The position numbers and the translations under genes are program-made. Below, piece after piece: positions 50,973 through 60,499 of a stretch of 60,499 nt of DNA. The notes under the pieces were generated by a model. It did no database searches. It was not told the DNA's origin and saw nothing but the letters and a program-made list of their open reading frames with translations. Each line of letters starts with the position of its first letter. Within the stretch, counting starts at the first letter, position 1. The DNA lies in contig CACDCN010000003.1 of the NCBI GenBank assembly GCA_902551185.1, positions 1 to 60,499 of the forward strand, written 5' to 3'. This DNA is from an uncultured SAR86 cluster bacterium (lineage in GTDB: Bacteria > Pseudomonadota > Gammaproteobacteria > Magnimaribacterales > D2472).

Positions 50973-51027
50973 ATTTAGATATATTATCTTTAATTATTGT
51001 TTTGTAAAATCAGAAATTATAGTATGA

Positions 51028-51048
51028 TTTGAGACCTTTCTCAGTTTA
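51028..51048 (+). promoter_or_regulatory. operator-like motif copy 3: TTTGAGACCTTTCTCAGTTTA in the TetR / enoyl-CoA hydratase divergent region
   Basis: Lies immediately after a candidate -10 TATGAT (51023-51028). It is 24 nt upstream of the hydratase ATG (GGAGA Shine-Dalgarno at 51062-51066). Confidence 0.6.
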
Positions 51049-51071
51049 TAAAGATTTTATGGAGATATAGC

Positions 51072-51923
51072 ATGCCTTTAAATTCAGTTAACGATATGCA
51101 ATTAGAAGAATATCAAGAACTTTTTAAAGACTTTTTTGTATTTAAACGCAAAAATGGTATTTTGGAAATAAGAATGCATACAGATGGCAAAGAAGCCAAA
51201 TGGAGCAAAGAGTTGCATAGAGCCCTTCCTCAAATATTTCCAATAATTGGTGCAGATAGAAAAAATGAAGTAATTATTCTAACTGGAACTGGTGACTTTT
51301 GGTTAAGAGAATTTGATAATGAAAGTTGGGCTGAAATAGAAAAAGATAATAAAACATTTAGAAAAGAAAACTATGATTGGGAATATCTAGATGCACATAA
51401 ATTATGTGAAAATTTATTATGGAATATTGATGTTCCGATTATTTCAGTTATAAATGGTCCTGGATTCCATACTGAATTCCCATTATTGTGTGATATAACA
51501 CTTTGCGCAGATACTACTAAATTTTTTGAAGGCCATCTTAAAGTTGGCTTAGTGCCTGGAGACGGACAATTTTTAGTATTTCAAAAGTTACTTGGATTAA
51601 AAAGAGCAAATTGGTTTATGTATACCTCAGAATCATTTGATGCAAAACAAGCTTTAGAATGGGGCGTCGTTAATGAGGTTCATGCCAAAGAAAAACTTCT
51701 TGATCGAGCATGGGAGCTTGCAGAAAGTATGATGAATATAGACCGTGTTACTCGAAGGGTGACAGCAGCAGTAGCAAGAAGATATTGGAAGCGAATTTTC
51801 ACTGATGATTTTTCTCATCACGTAACTAGCGAAATGTATGCCATGATGACAAGTGATATAAAAAATCATGGTCATGGCGATCAAGATCTTCCAGATATGT
51901 TTGATGATCTTAAAAAAGAATAG
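51072..51923 (+). CDS. enoyl-CoA hydratase/isomerase (crotonase) family protein
   Basis: 283 aa crotonase-fold pattern (VIILTGTGDFW, INGPGFHTEFPLLCDITLCAD, KRANWFMYTSESFDAKQALEWGVVNEV). Confidence 0.8.
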   Translation: MPLNSVNDMQLEEYQELFKDFFVFKRKNGILEIRMHTDGKEAKWSKELHRALPQIFPIIGADRKNEVIILTGTGDFWLREFDNESWAEIEKDNKTFRKENYDWEYLDAHKLCENLLWNIDVPIISVINGPGFHTEFPLLCDITLCADTTKFFEGHLKVGLVPGDGQFLVFQKLLGLKRANWFMYTSESFDAKQALEWGVVNEVHAKEKLLDRAWELAESMMNIDRVTRRVTAAVARRYWKRIFTDDFSHHVTSEMYAMMTSDIKNHGHGDQDLPDMFDDLKKE

Positions 51924-51931
51924 CTATTATT

Positions 51932-53233
51932 ATGCAAGCCAAAACATATAACATATACGGCTGGTATGTAGCGTTTGTATTATTGATTGGATTTACTTTT
52001 TCTTTTATTGATCGACAAGTTTTAAACTTATTAGTAGTTCCAATACAGAATGATTTAAATATTACAGATACGCAAATAAGTGCATTACAAGGATTGGCTT
52101 TTGTTCTAACTTATGTGGGATTGTGTATTCCAATAGGAAGACTTGTGGATAAATCTCATAGGATTACTGTAATGATTATTGGACTCTTAGTATGGAGTAT
52201 TGCAACAATAGCATGCGGATTTTCTAAAAATTATGTCAGCATGTTTATTGCAAGAATGGGTATTGGCGCTGGTGAGTCAACTGTACATCCGGGCTCTATT
52301 TCTATTTTAGGTGATTACTTTGATTCAGATAAAATTGCATCTCCAATGAGTATTTATCTTTTAGGTCCATACCTGGGAGCTGGAATTGCAATGATATTTG
52401 GAGCACAGGTTCTTGATTGGACTTCACAAATGGATAGTAATGTTATTTTGCCTTTAGTTGGTGAGGTAGCTCCATGGCAACTAACATTTATTGCAGTTGG
52501 TTTGCCCGGAATATTGGTTGCCGGTTTATTCTTAACTATTAGAGAGCCAAAACGTAAAATTTCAGAAATTGAATCAAAAGAAGTTCCTTCATTTAAAAAA
52601 ATTTCTCAATATATAAAAAATAATTGGCAAGTCTATGGCGCAATTATTATAGGTAATTCATGTTTAATAATACTACTTTATGGCCTTCAATCATGGGTCC
52701 CAACTATGTTACTCAGAGTATATGAATGGGATTTAATCCAATCAGGACGAGTATATGGATTGATAGCAATGTTAGCTGGCTCTGCAGGAGTCCTATCAGG
52801 GCCATTTGTTTTAAAGCTTATGACTAGCAGAAGTATTAATGCACCTCACTTTAAATTAGCAATTTTTGGTATCTCAATGGCATCTTTTAGTTTAATTATG
52901 TTACCTCTTCAAGCAAATGTTAATATTGCTTTAGTCTTTGTGACATTTGCTAGTTTTTTTGTAACTCTTCCGTTGGCAGGAACATCAAGCGCAATGGTTA
53001 TAGTCTCTCCAAATCGAATAAGAGGCGTTATAACTGGTATTTATGTAGTTGTAACTAGTGTGCTAGGTTTGGTTTTAGGACCCTTTCTTGTAGCCTCTAG
53101 TACAGATTTTATTTTTCAAGATCCAAATTCTGTAGCTAAATCTCTTGCTTTAGTTTCTATTTTAATTGGTCCTATTGGAATTTTCTTTATGTTGAAGGGG
53201 GTTAATTACTTTGGAGAAATGAAAAATGTCTAA
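51932..53233 (+). CDS. MFS transporter
   Basis: About 12 TM segments. Loop 2-3 motif GRLVDKSHR. 433 aa. Confidence 0.85.
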   Translation: MQAKTYNIYGWYVAFVLLIGFTFSFIDRQVLNLLVVPIQNDLNITDTQISALQGLAFVLTYVGLCIPIGRLVDKSHRITVMIIGLLVWSIATIACGFSKNYVSMFIARMGIGAGESTVHPGSISILGDYFDSDKIASPMSIYLLGPYLGAGIAMIFGAQVLDWTSQMDSNVILPLVGEVAPWQLTFIAVGLPGILVAGLFLTIREPKRKISEIESKEVPSFKKISQYIKNNWQVYGAIIIGNSCLIILLYGLQSWVPTMLLRVYEWDLIQSGRVYGLIAMLAGSAGVLSGPFVLKLMTSRSINAPHFKLAIFGISMASFSLIMLPLQANVNIALVFVTFASFFVTLPLAGTSSAMVIVSPNRIRGVITGIYVVVTSVLGLVLGPFLVASSTDFIFQDPNSVAKSLALVSILIGPIGIFFMLKGVNYFGEMKNV

Positions 53234-54920
53234 GAAATTAAGTTATGCAAGCGGTACATCTGATAAGCCTTTATTAGGCAGTACTATAGGTCAAGTATTT
53301 GATGATATTTCTAATAAATTTTCTGAAAGAGAAGCCATCATTTCTATTCATCAGAATATAAGATTTACATATGCTGAATTAGCTATAAAAGTTAATGAGC
53401 TAGCTAAAGCGTTTATAAGCTCTGGTTTGAAAAAAGGTGATCGAGTTGGTATTTGGTCTTCTAATAATGCTGAGTGGGTATTAACTCAATATGCAGCTGC
53501 TAAGGCAGGTGTTATATTGGTAACTATTAATCCTGCATATCGCTCACATGAACTAGATTATGTTTTAGGTCAATCGGGTTGCAAAGGCCTAGTCTTTCAA
53601 AATCAATTTAAAACTTCAGATTATGAATCGATGATTTGTGAAATTGTGCCTGAAATAAAAGAGGCGATACCAGGTAAAATTCAATCAAATAAATTTAATA
53701 ATCTAACTACAATAATTTCAATGACTACATCTGAGATAAAGGGTGTCTATGATTGGGAAGATTTTATAGCTTTAGAAAAAAATATTGATAATAAAGAATT
53801 GCAAGATCGTCAAGATAATCAAGATACAGATGATGCTATTAATATTCAATATACAAGCGGAACAACAGGATTCCCCAAAGGAGCCACTTTAAGTCATCAT
53901 AATATCCTTAATAATGGTTACTTTACAGGTGCAACTATGAATTTTAGCGAACAAGATAGACTTGTAGTTCCTGTACCCCTATATCATTGTTTTGGGATGG
54001 TATTAGCTAACCTTGCATGTCTTACTCATGGTGCTTGTGCAATTTACCCTAGCGAGGGTTTCGAGCCTGATGCTACGCTAAAAGCAGTAGAGGACGAACG
54101 AGCAACAGCATTATACGGTGTACCAACGATGTTTATTGCAGAGCTTGCACTTCCAAACTTTAATGAATATAACTTAAAAACTTTGAGAACTGGTCTTATG
54201 GCTGGATCACCCTGTCCGATCGAGACAATGAAAAAAGTTGTTGAATTAATGCACATGTCAGATGTTGAAATAGCATATGGAATGACCGAAACAAGTCCGG
54301 TAAGTTTTCAAACCAAAATTGATTCTCCAATGGAGAAACGTGTTAGCACAGTTGGGAGTGTTCATCCTCATGTACAAGTAAAAATTATTGACTCTGAGTC
54401 AGGGAAAACCTGCCCTATAGGAGAAACTGGAGAGTTATGTACAAGGGGCTATTCTGTAATGTTAGGTTATTGGGAAAATCCTGAGGGCACTGCTGCTGCT
54501 ATAGATTCAAATGGATGGATGCACACAGGCGATAGTGCCGTCATGGATGATGAGGGGTATGTGAATATTGTAGGACGTATTAAAGATATGATAGTTCGAG
54601 GAGGAGAAAATGTTTACCCAGTTGAGCTAGAAGATTATTTGATGGCTCATAATGATATCGAAGCTGTCCAAGTTACAGGAGTACCTGATCCTAAATATGG
54701 TGAAGAAATAATTGCATGGATTAGCTTAAAAGAAGGTAAAGATATATCTGAAGAAGATATTAAAGAATTTTGTAAAGGTAAGATAGCTCATTATAAAGTG
54801 CCAAAATATATTCGATTTGGAGATGATTTTCCAATGACTGTGACTGGAAAAGTTCAGAAATATAAAATGCGAGAAATTAGCATCAAGGAACTTGGTTTAG
54901 AAGAGCAAGAGACCGCTTAG
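53226..54920 (+). CDS. AMP-dependent acyl-CoA synthetase/ligase
   Basis: AMP-binding motif [18 protein letters not shown], plus GYGMTE-like AYGMTET, and [21 protein letters not shown]. 564 aa. Confidence 0.92.
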   Translation: MSKKLSYASGTSDKPLLGSTIGQVFDDISNKFSEREAIISIHQNIRFTYAELAIKVNELAKAFISSGLKKGDRVGIWSSNNAEWVLTQYAAAKAGVILVTINPAYRSHELDYVLGQSGCKGLVFQNQFKTSDYESMICEIVPEIKEAIPGKIQSNKFNNLTTIISMTTSEIKGVYDWEDFIALEKNIDNKELQDRQDNQDTDDAINIQYTSGTTGFPKGATLSHHNILNNGYFTGATMNFSEQDRLVVPVPLYHCFGMVLANLACLTHGACAIYPSEGFEPDATLKAVEDERATALYGVPTMFIAELALPNFNEYNLKTLRTGLMAGSPCPIETMKKVVELMHMSDVEIAYGMTETSPVSFQTKIDSPMEKRVSTVGSVHPHVQVKIIDSESGKTCPIGETGELCTRGYSVMLGYWENPEGTAAAIDSNGWMHTGDSAVMDDEGYVNIVGRIKDMIVRGGENVYPVELEDYLMAHNDIEAVQVTGVPDPKYGEEIIAWISLKEGKDISEEDIKEFCKGKIAHYKVPKYIRFGDDFPMTVTGKVQKYKMREISIKELGLEEQETA

Positions 54921-54954
54921 CAAGGAAATCAGTTTACTTAATTATTGTATTCTT

Positions 54955-54994
54955 TATAATTGGTAATATTTACTATATAATATTACCAATTATA
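54955..54994. promoter_or_regulatory. perfect 16-bp inverted repeat TATAATTGGTAATATT - 8 nt - AATATTACCAATTATA overlapping a candidate promoter (TTTACT 54933-54938, 16 nt, TATAAT 54955-54960) of the carboxylase operon
   Basis: Read directly; the arms are exact reverse complements. It lies 23 nt upstream of the carboxylase beta ATG. Confidence 0.55.
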
Positions 54995-55017
54995 AATCCT
55001 TAAATAAATTTTTATAT

Positions 55018-56673
55018 ATGAAACAAAGAAATATAGCGCAAACAATAAAAAGTAATATAAATATAAAGTCTGAAGAATATCAGAAAAATAAAAATGATAT
55101 GCTTGAGAAACTTAATGAAATTGAAGATTTACTAGACTTTGCAGAACTAGGTGGTGGGATGCACCACCATGAAAGACTTGCTTCAAGAGGCAAAATGTCT
55201 ATAAGAAGCAGGATTGCAAATTTTATTGATCCTGATTCGCCTTTTCTGGAAATAAGTTCATTGGCTGCATATGGCTCAGTTTATCCAGTCGGCGGCGGAG
55301 CTGTTGCAGGAGTTGGTATTGTTGCGGGGACAGAATGTGTAATTTTTGGTAACGACCCTACTGTTCTTGCTGGAGCGATGCATACTTATTCTGCTAAAAA
55401 ATGGACTCGTGCAATGGAGATAGCTAGAGTAAATAAAATACCATACGTTCAATTTGTAGAATCATCTGGGGGAGATCTCAGAATGGGCGGAGGCAAAGGT
55501 AAAGATGCGGCAACAGGCTCAATCTTAGGAGCAGGACATTTTGCTGAATCAGGAAGAACTTTCTATGATGTTACTGAATTATCTAAATTAAGGATACCAA
55601 CAATATCTCTAGTATTTGGTTCATCTACTGCCGGTGGAGCATATCAACCAGGCATGTCGGATTACAATATATTTATAAAAAAACAATCTAAAGTATTTCT
55701 TGGTGGTCCGCCTCTAGTAAAAATGGCAACAGGCGAAGAGTCTGATGATGAAACTCTGGGTGGCGGAAAGATGCATGCAGAAGTTTCTGGTTTAGCAGAT
55801 TATTTAGCTGAGGATGAAATGGATGCTCTAAGAATAGGAAGAGAAGTGGTCTCTCATTTAAATTGGAGAAAAGAAGGGAAAAAACCAAAACTAGCTCCAG
55901 ATAATCCAGTCCTTGATCAGGAAGATTTATTAGGTTTAGTTGATTCTGATCTAAAAAAACCATTCGATGTTAGAGAGGTAATTGGGAGGATTACAGATGG
56001 GTCTAGATTTGAGGAATTTAAGCCTTTATTTGGTCCAACAATAGTATGTGGATTTGCCTCTGTCCATGGCTACACAGTAGGAATAATAGGTAATAATGGT
56101 CCTATTTTTCCTGATACTGCATCTAAAGGGGCTCATTTTGTTCAACTGTGCAATCAAATAGATATACCAATTATTTTTTTACAAAACATTACAGGTTTTG
56201 TGGTTGGTAAAGATTATGAAAGAGACGGGCAAATTAAAAAAGGTGCTCAATTTCTAAATTCTGTATCTAATTCTACAGTCCCCCATCTAACAATTATCTT
56301 GGGAGCAAGTTATGGTGCTGGGACATATGCAATGTCTGGAAGAGCATTTGATAATAAATTTACCTTCTTATGGCCTTCAGCCAAAATTGCAGTGATGGGA
56401 CCAAAACAAATTGCTGGTGTTATGTCAATTGTAAGAAGAGCAAGGGCTGCTAGAAAAGGAGAAAAATTTGATGAGAAGGAAGATGCTCAAATGGTAGCTT
56501 TTGCAGAGAAATGGCAAGAGGAAGGATCGCTTGCTTTAAGAGCAACTGGTGCAATAAGCGATGATGGCATTATTGATCCTAGAGATACTAGAACAGTATT
56601 AGGAATTTGTTTATCACTTGTAAATGGAAGAAATATTGAAGGTGCGCCTGGCTATGGGGTCTACAGACTATGA
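55018..56673 (+). CDS. acyl-CoA carboxylase carboxyltransferase (beta) subunit, methylcrotonyl-/geranyl-CoA carboxylase type
   Basis: 551 aa carboxyl_trans family protein (GGGMHHHERLASRGKM, GSSTAGGAYQPGMSD, GASYGAGTYAM). Confidence 0.9.
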   Translation: MKQRNIAQTIKSNINIKSEEYQKNKNDMLEKLNEIEDLLDFAELGGGMHHHERLASRGKMSIRSRIANFIDPDSPFLEISSLAAYGSVYPVGGGAVAGVGIVAGTECVIFGNDPTVLAGAMHTYSAKKWTRAMEIARVNKIPYVQFVESSGGDLRMGGGKGKDAATGSILGAGHFAESGRTFYDVTELSKLRIPTISLVFGSSTAGGAYQPGMSDYNIFIKKQSKVFLGGPPLVKMATGEESDDETLGGGKMHAEVSGLADYLAEDEMDALRIGREVVSHLNWRKEGKKPKLAPDNPVLDQEDLLGLVDSDLKKPFDVREVIGRITDGSRFEEFKPLFGPTIVCGFASVHGYTVGIIGNNGPIFPDTASKGAHFVQLCNQIDIPIIFLQNITGFVVGKDYERDGQIKKGAQFLNSVSNSTVPHLTIILGASYGAGTYAMSGRAFDNKFTFLWPSAKIAVMGPKQIAGVMSIVRRARAARKGEKFDEKEDAQMVAFAEKWQEEGSLALRATGAISDDGIIDPRDTRTVLGICLSLVNGRNIEGAPGYGVYRL

Positions 56674-58595
56674 CATATCATAAATTACTTATTGCAAATA
56701 GAGGCGAAATTGCCTGTAGGATTATTAAAACTGCTCATGAGATGGGGATTTCATGTGTTGCAGTCTACACAGATGCTGATTCAGAATCACCTTTTGTGAA
56801 ATTAGCAGATGAAGCAATCAAATTAACTGATACTTATTTAAATGGAAAGGAAATAATTGAAGCAGCTATTAAAACTAAAGCTCAAGCAATCCATCCTGGA
56901 TATGGATTTCTATCAGAAAATGCGAAATTCTCTAGAGATGTCATTAAAGCCGGTTTGATTTGGGTTGGTCCTAGCTCAAAAGTTATTACATCAATGGGTG
57001 ATAAATTAAAAGCAAAAGATATTGCTGATAAGGCTGGGGTCCCTACTCTGCCAATGACGACAGATCCTTCAAAAGCAAATACTGTTGGTTATCCACTTCT
57101 TATTAAAGCAGCGGCTGGTGGAGGTGGAAAAGGCATGCGAATAGTTGAGTCAAAAAAGGACCTAAAAGATTCTATAAAAGGCGCTCAAAGAGAGGCTAAA
57201 GCAGGCTTTGGGGATGATAGAATATTTATAGAAAGATATGTTGCATCTTCTAGACATATCGAAATACAAATTCTAGGTGATTCTCATGGGAATATAGTCC
57301 ACTTAGGTGAAAGAGAGTGTTCTATACAAAGAAGGCATCAAAAAATTATTGAAGAGTCTCCCTCACCAAGAGTGGATTCAAAGATGCGAGCAGCGATGGG
57401 AGATGCTGCAATTAAATTAGCAAAAAAACTTAAATATGAATCAGCTGGTACTGTAGAGTTCTTAGTGGATGATAAGACTGGTGAATTCTGGTTTTTAGAA
57501 GTTAATACTAGATTGCAAGTAGAACATCCTGTAACTGAAGAAGTTACAGGAAAAGATTTAGTATATGAACAATTAAGAATTTCTAGAGGTGAACATTTGG
57601 GATATGATCAAGAGGATATTTCATGGAATGGATCTTCAATCGAAGCTCGACTTTATGCAGAAGATCCTGCTAACGACTTCTTGCCAGCCACTGGAACACT
57701 TATAGCTTATGAAGTTGATAAAAATATTGATGCTAGGTGGGATACTGGAGTAAAACAGGGTTCAGTGATAGGAACGGATTTTGATCCTATGCTTGCCAAA
57801 GTTATTGCTAAAGGAAGAAATAGGACTGATGCAGCCAATAAGTTAGCTTTGGCACTTCAATCACTGCATATTGGCGGAGTGACAACAAACAGAGATTTCC
57901 TCGTTGAGTGCTTAAGGTCTAAAGACTTCCATAAGGGAAATACCACTTCTGATTTTATAAGCATTGCCAAACCAAAAAGATCAATTGAATTAAAAGGGAC
58001 TGAGTTAGAACAAGCGGGTATTGCTGCAGCTCTTTGGCTTCAAGGAGAGAATAGAAAAAATACTCCTATATTAAGTGGAATTCAATCGGGATGGACAAAC
58101 TCTAGATTGCCTAAACAAAAGATTAATTTCCAATATAATTCAGAAGAACTATCTATACTATATAAGTCAAATAGAGATGGTTCATTCGAAATAAACAAAG
58201 GGATTAATGCAAAAATCATTGAGTGGAATAACTCTGGAATAGATATAGAGATAGAGGATATAAGGTTTTTTTCTAAAGTTACTAGGAAGGATGCAAATCT
58301 TATAGTTCATGGTCCATGGGGAGACATCTTATTCAAAATAATGCCTAGATTTAAGTCGGTTAACCAAGAGGTTAAAGACGGTGGCCTGATTGCGCCAATG
58401 CCAGGAAAGGTCATTGACCTTAAGGTTAAGGTAGGTAGTAAGATTAAAAAAGGAGACACTCTAGTCATCTTAGAAGCTATGAAAATGGAACATACAGTAA
58501 AGGCTACAGAAGATGGTGTTATAGATGAACTATTTATTTCTAATCATGATCAAGTTGAAAATGGAGCCCTTTTAATGGTTATTAAGGCTAAATAA
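56670..58595 (+). CDS. acyl-CoA carboxylase biotin carboxylase + BCCP (alpha) subunit
   Basis: KLLIANRGEIACRIIKT, ATP-grasp AAGGGGKGMRIV, and biotinylation motif LEAMKMEH near the C-terminus. Start overlaps the beta subunit stop (ATGA). Confidence 0.93.
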   Translation: MTYHKLLIANRGEIACRIIKTAHEMGISCVAVYTDADSESPFVKLADEAIKLTDTYLNGKEIIEAAIKTKAQAIHPGYGFLSENAKFSRDVIKAGLIWVGPSSKVITSMGDKLKAKDIADKAGVPTLPMTTDPSKANTVGYPLLIKAAAGGGGKGMRIVESKKDLKDSIKGAQREAKAGFGDDRIFIERYVASSRHIEIQILGDSHGNIVHLGERECSIQRRHQKIIEESPSPRVDSKMRAAMGDAAIKLAKKLKYESAGTVEFLVDDKTGEFWFLEVNTRLQVEHPVTEEVTGKDLVYEQLRISRGEHLGYDQEDISWNGSSIEARLYAEDPANDFLPATGTLIAYEVDKNIDARWDTGVKQGSVIGTDFDPMLAKVIAKGRNRTDAANKLALALQSLHIGGVTTNRDFLVECLRSKDFHKGNTTSDFISIAKPKRSIELKGTELEQAGIAAALWLQGENRKNTPILSGIQSGWTNSRLPKQKINFQYNSEELSILYKSNRDGSFEINKGINAKIIEWNNSGIDIEIEDIRFFSKVTRKDANLIVHGPWGDILFKIMPRFKSVNQEVKDGGLIAPMPGKVIDLKVKVGSKIKKGDTLVILEAMKMEHTVKATEDGVIDELFISNHDQVENGALLMVIKAK

Positions 58596-59203
58596 TGCAT
58601 AGTCTTAAGTATATTAATAACTTAGATACTAAAAAAGTAAAATCTTTTACAAAAAGGCATTATGAAATAATAGATAGCCTAGAAAGTATGCTAGAGAAAG
58701 GCATCCCAGATCTAACAATGTCTCAAATAGCATCAAATTTGAAAATATCTTTAAGAACTCTATATGAAATTGCTCCAAGCAAAGATCAACTAATAATAAT
58801 GATAATGGACAGTATTTTAAGAAAACTTGGTAGGCAAGCCCTAGATTCAATTTCTAATATTAAATCCCCATTAAAAAAATTAGAAAAATATCTTTTTATG
58901 GTTAATCAGGCTGTAGGTCCAAAATTTAATACATTTTTTAGAGATATTGAGAAGATTTCGGGCTTAGAGCAAGTAGCAGATTATCATGCGAATTTTATTA
59001 CTAATATGACTGAAGAGCTTTTGAGTCAAGCGATTAAAATGAAAGAAATCAAAGAAATAGATACTAAAGCATTTTCTATATTACTTGGTGGGATTGGAAG
59101 AGAATTTATTAAAGAAAAAAATAAACTTACTTATTCATCGCCTGAAGAATCGGCAAATTCAATAACCAGAATAATTCTAAATGGCATTAAAGTAAAAAAT
59201 TAG
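58595..59203 (+). CDS. TetR-like transcriptional regulator embedded in the carboxylase operon
   Basis: 202 aa. N-terminal HTH-like region LTMSQIASNLKISLRTLYEIAPSKDQL. Start overlaps the alpha subunit stop (TAATG). The assignment is weaker than for the first TetR. Confidence 0.65.
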   Translation: MHSLKYINNLDTKKVKSFTKRHYEIIDSLESMLEKGIPDLTMSQIASNLKISLRTLYEIAPSKDQLIIMIMDSILRKLGRQALDSISNIKSPLKKLEKYLFMVNQAVGPKFNTFFRDIEKISGLEQVADYHANFITNMTEELLSQAIKMKEIKEIDTKAFSILLGGIGREFIKEKNKLTYSSPEESANSITRIILNGIKVKN

Positions 59204-59204
59204 T

Positions 59205-60499
59205 ATGAGCAAGGATATTATTAAAATAGCAAATTGCAGTGGTTACTATGGTGATAAGTTATCAGCTGCTAAAGAATTAGTTGATGGTGGCCCTATTGAT
59301 GTTTTGACAGGTGACTATCTTGCTGAATTGACAATGACGATTCTCTATAACCAAAAACTTCAAAGAGGGGAAGATAAAGGATACGTCGGAACTTTTCTTA
59401 AACAAATAAAAGAAGTAGCAAAAAGCTGTAAAGAAAAAAATATTAAAATAATAAGTAACGCTGGTGGTTTAAACCCAAAATCAATGGCGAATGAAATTAA
59501 AAAAATATTAAATGAGCAATCTATTGATATGAATGTAGCGTATATTGATGGAGATGATTTGTTGCCTAGAATGCAGGAGCTTTCTGACGAAGGAGAAACT
59601 TTTCAAAATATTGATAAGAAAATTTCATTAGATAATTCTGGATATACCACTCTCACCGCAAATGCATACTTAGGAGCATGGGGAATTAAAGAAGCATTAG
59701 ACAATGGAGCAGATATTGTAGTCTGTCCAAGAGTAACAGATGCAGCGGTTGTTATTGGTCCCGCTGCATGGAAGTTCAATTGGAAAAGGAATGATTATGA
59801 TGCGTTAGCAGGAGCATTGGCTGCTGGTCATATTATCGAGTGTGGATGTCAAGCCACTGGAGGCAATTATGCATTCTTTAAAGAAGTTCCCAGTTTTGAT
59901 AATGTTGGTTATCCAATAGCTGAAATTCTAGAAGATGGAAGTTTTTATGTCACAAAACATCCTGGAACAGGTGGCCTTGTTTCAAAAGGTACTGTTACAG
60001 CTCAGTTGTTATATGAAATCGGGTCTCCAGCTTATATAAATCCAGATGTAATAGCTCATTTTGATACCCTTAAGATTGAAGATATAGAGAAAGATAAGGT
60101 TTATATTTCAGGTTGTAGGGGCAGTTCCCCACCTAAAGATCATAAAGTATGCATAAATCTTGCAGGTGGATTTCGCAATGGAATGGAAGTAATCTTAACT
60201 GGCCTTGATATTGAAGAAAAAGCAAAAGTATTTAGTGATGCTCTTTTTAATTCAGTTGGTGGTAAAGAGCAATTTGATGAGGTATCAATTCAATTGCACA
60301 GAACCGATAAAGAAAATCCTTCAAGCAATGAAGAATCTATGGCATCTCTTGTAATTTCAGTAAAATCTATGAATGCTGAATTAGTAGGAAGATTATTTAG
60401 TGCAAAAATTATTGAATTAGCTTTAGCAAATATTCCAGGTTTTTTTGCACAGGGCGGTGTTAAATCAAGTGGCCCTGTAATTGTTTATTGGCCCGCCTT
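59205..60499 (+). CDS. AtuA-like DUF1446 protein (acyclic terpene utilisation family), 5' partial: runs off the window end; absent from the ORF track
   Basis: Hand translation from the ATG at 59205 gives MSKDIIKIANCSGYYGDKLSAAKELVDGGPIDVLTGDYLAELTMTILYNQ..., the conserved DUF1446 N-terminus. The frame is still open at 60499 (...GGVKSSGPVIVYWPA). Confidence 0.8.
   Translation, partial: MSKDIIKIANCSGYYGDKLSAAKELVDGGPIDVLTGDYLAELTMTILYNQKLQRGEDKGYVGTFLKQIKEVAKSCKEKNIKIISNAGGLNPKSMANEIKKILNEQSIDMNVAYIDGDDLLPRMQELSDEGETFQNIDKKISLDNSGYTTLTANAYLGAWGIKEALDNGADIVVCPRVTDAAVVIGPAAWKFNWKRNDYDALAGALAAGHIIECGCQATGGNYAFFKEVPSFDNVGYPIAEILEDGSFYVTKHPGTGGLVSKGTVTAQLLYEIGSPAYINPDVIAHFDTLKIEDIEKDKVYISGCRGSSPPKDHKVCINLAGGFRNGMEVILTGLDIEEKAKVFSDALFNSVGGKEQFDEVSIQLHRTDKENPSSNEESMASLVISVKSMNAELVGRLFSAKIIELALANIPGFFAQGGVKSSGPVIVYWPA

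Noticed and set aside
1-60499. Looked for CRISPR arrays, rRNA, tmRNA, RNase P, riboswitches, retron or DGR-type repeats, and long dispersed repeats
   Set aside because: No intergenic region exceeds about 210 nt, and none shows spaced direct repeats or conserved RNA motifs that I can recognise by eye. A covariance-model scan (Infernal/Rfam) would be needed to exclude small RNAs.

Overview
AT-rich (roughly one-third G+C by eye), very tightly packed bacterial chromosome segment. Gene content and order are gammaproteobacterial: leuCDB-asd-fimV-truA-trpF, dedD-cvpA-purF, ppiB-like-lpxH, and topA near lexA. The streamlining plus TonB-receptor and acyl-CoA genes suggest a marine oligotroph of the SAR86 type (inference only). 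I support about 58 protein-coding genes and one tRNA-Asn(GTT). Two of these genes are absent from the ORF track because they run off the window ends. I saw no rRNA, CRISPR array, transposase, integrase or phage genes. About 80% is housekeeping: uvrB, acnB, purF, trpFBA, leuBCD, aroC, the prpBCD methylcitrate genes, lexA, topA, pyrD, galU and nadK. Two parts look accessory. (i) At 5.3-9.5 kb, a MutH-sized Sau3AI/MutH-family nuclease sits tail-to-tail with a C5-cytosine methyltransferase. It is back-to-back with a LexA-boxed umuDC operon that carries an unknown third gene. (ii) At 45-60.5 kb there is a TetR-controlled locus holding an esterase, a TonB-dependent receptor, enoyl-CoA hydratase-MFS-acyl-CoA ligase, a biotin acyl-CoA carboxylase and an AtuA-like gene. 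This locus has a 21-bp operator-like motif present three times and a separate perfect 16-bp inverted repeat. I did not find an unambiguous wholly new multi-gene system. The best candidates for novelty are the MutH-like/5mC-methylase pair with its GATC-containing, apparently leaderless promoter, and the receptor-linked atu-like regulon. All calls come from reading translated ORFs and motifs by eye. No database search was run.
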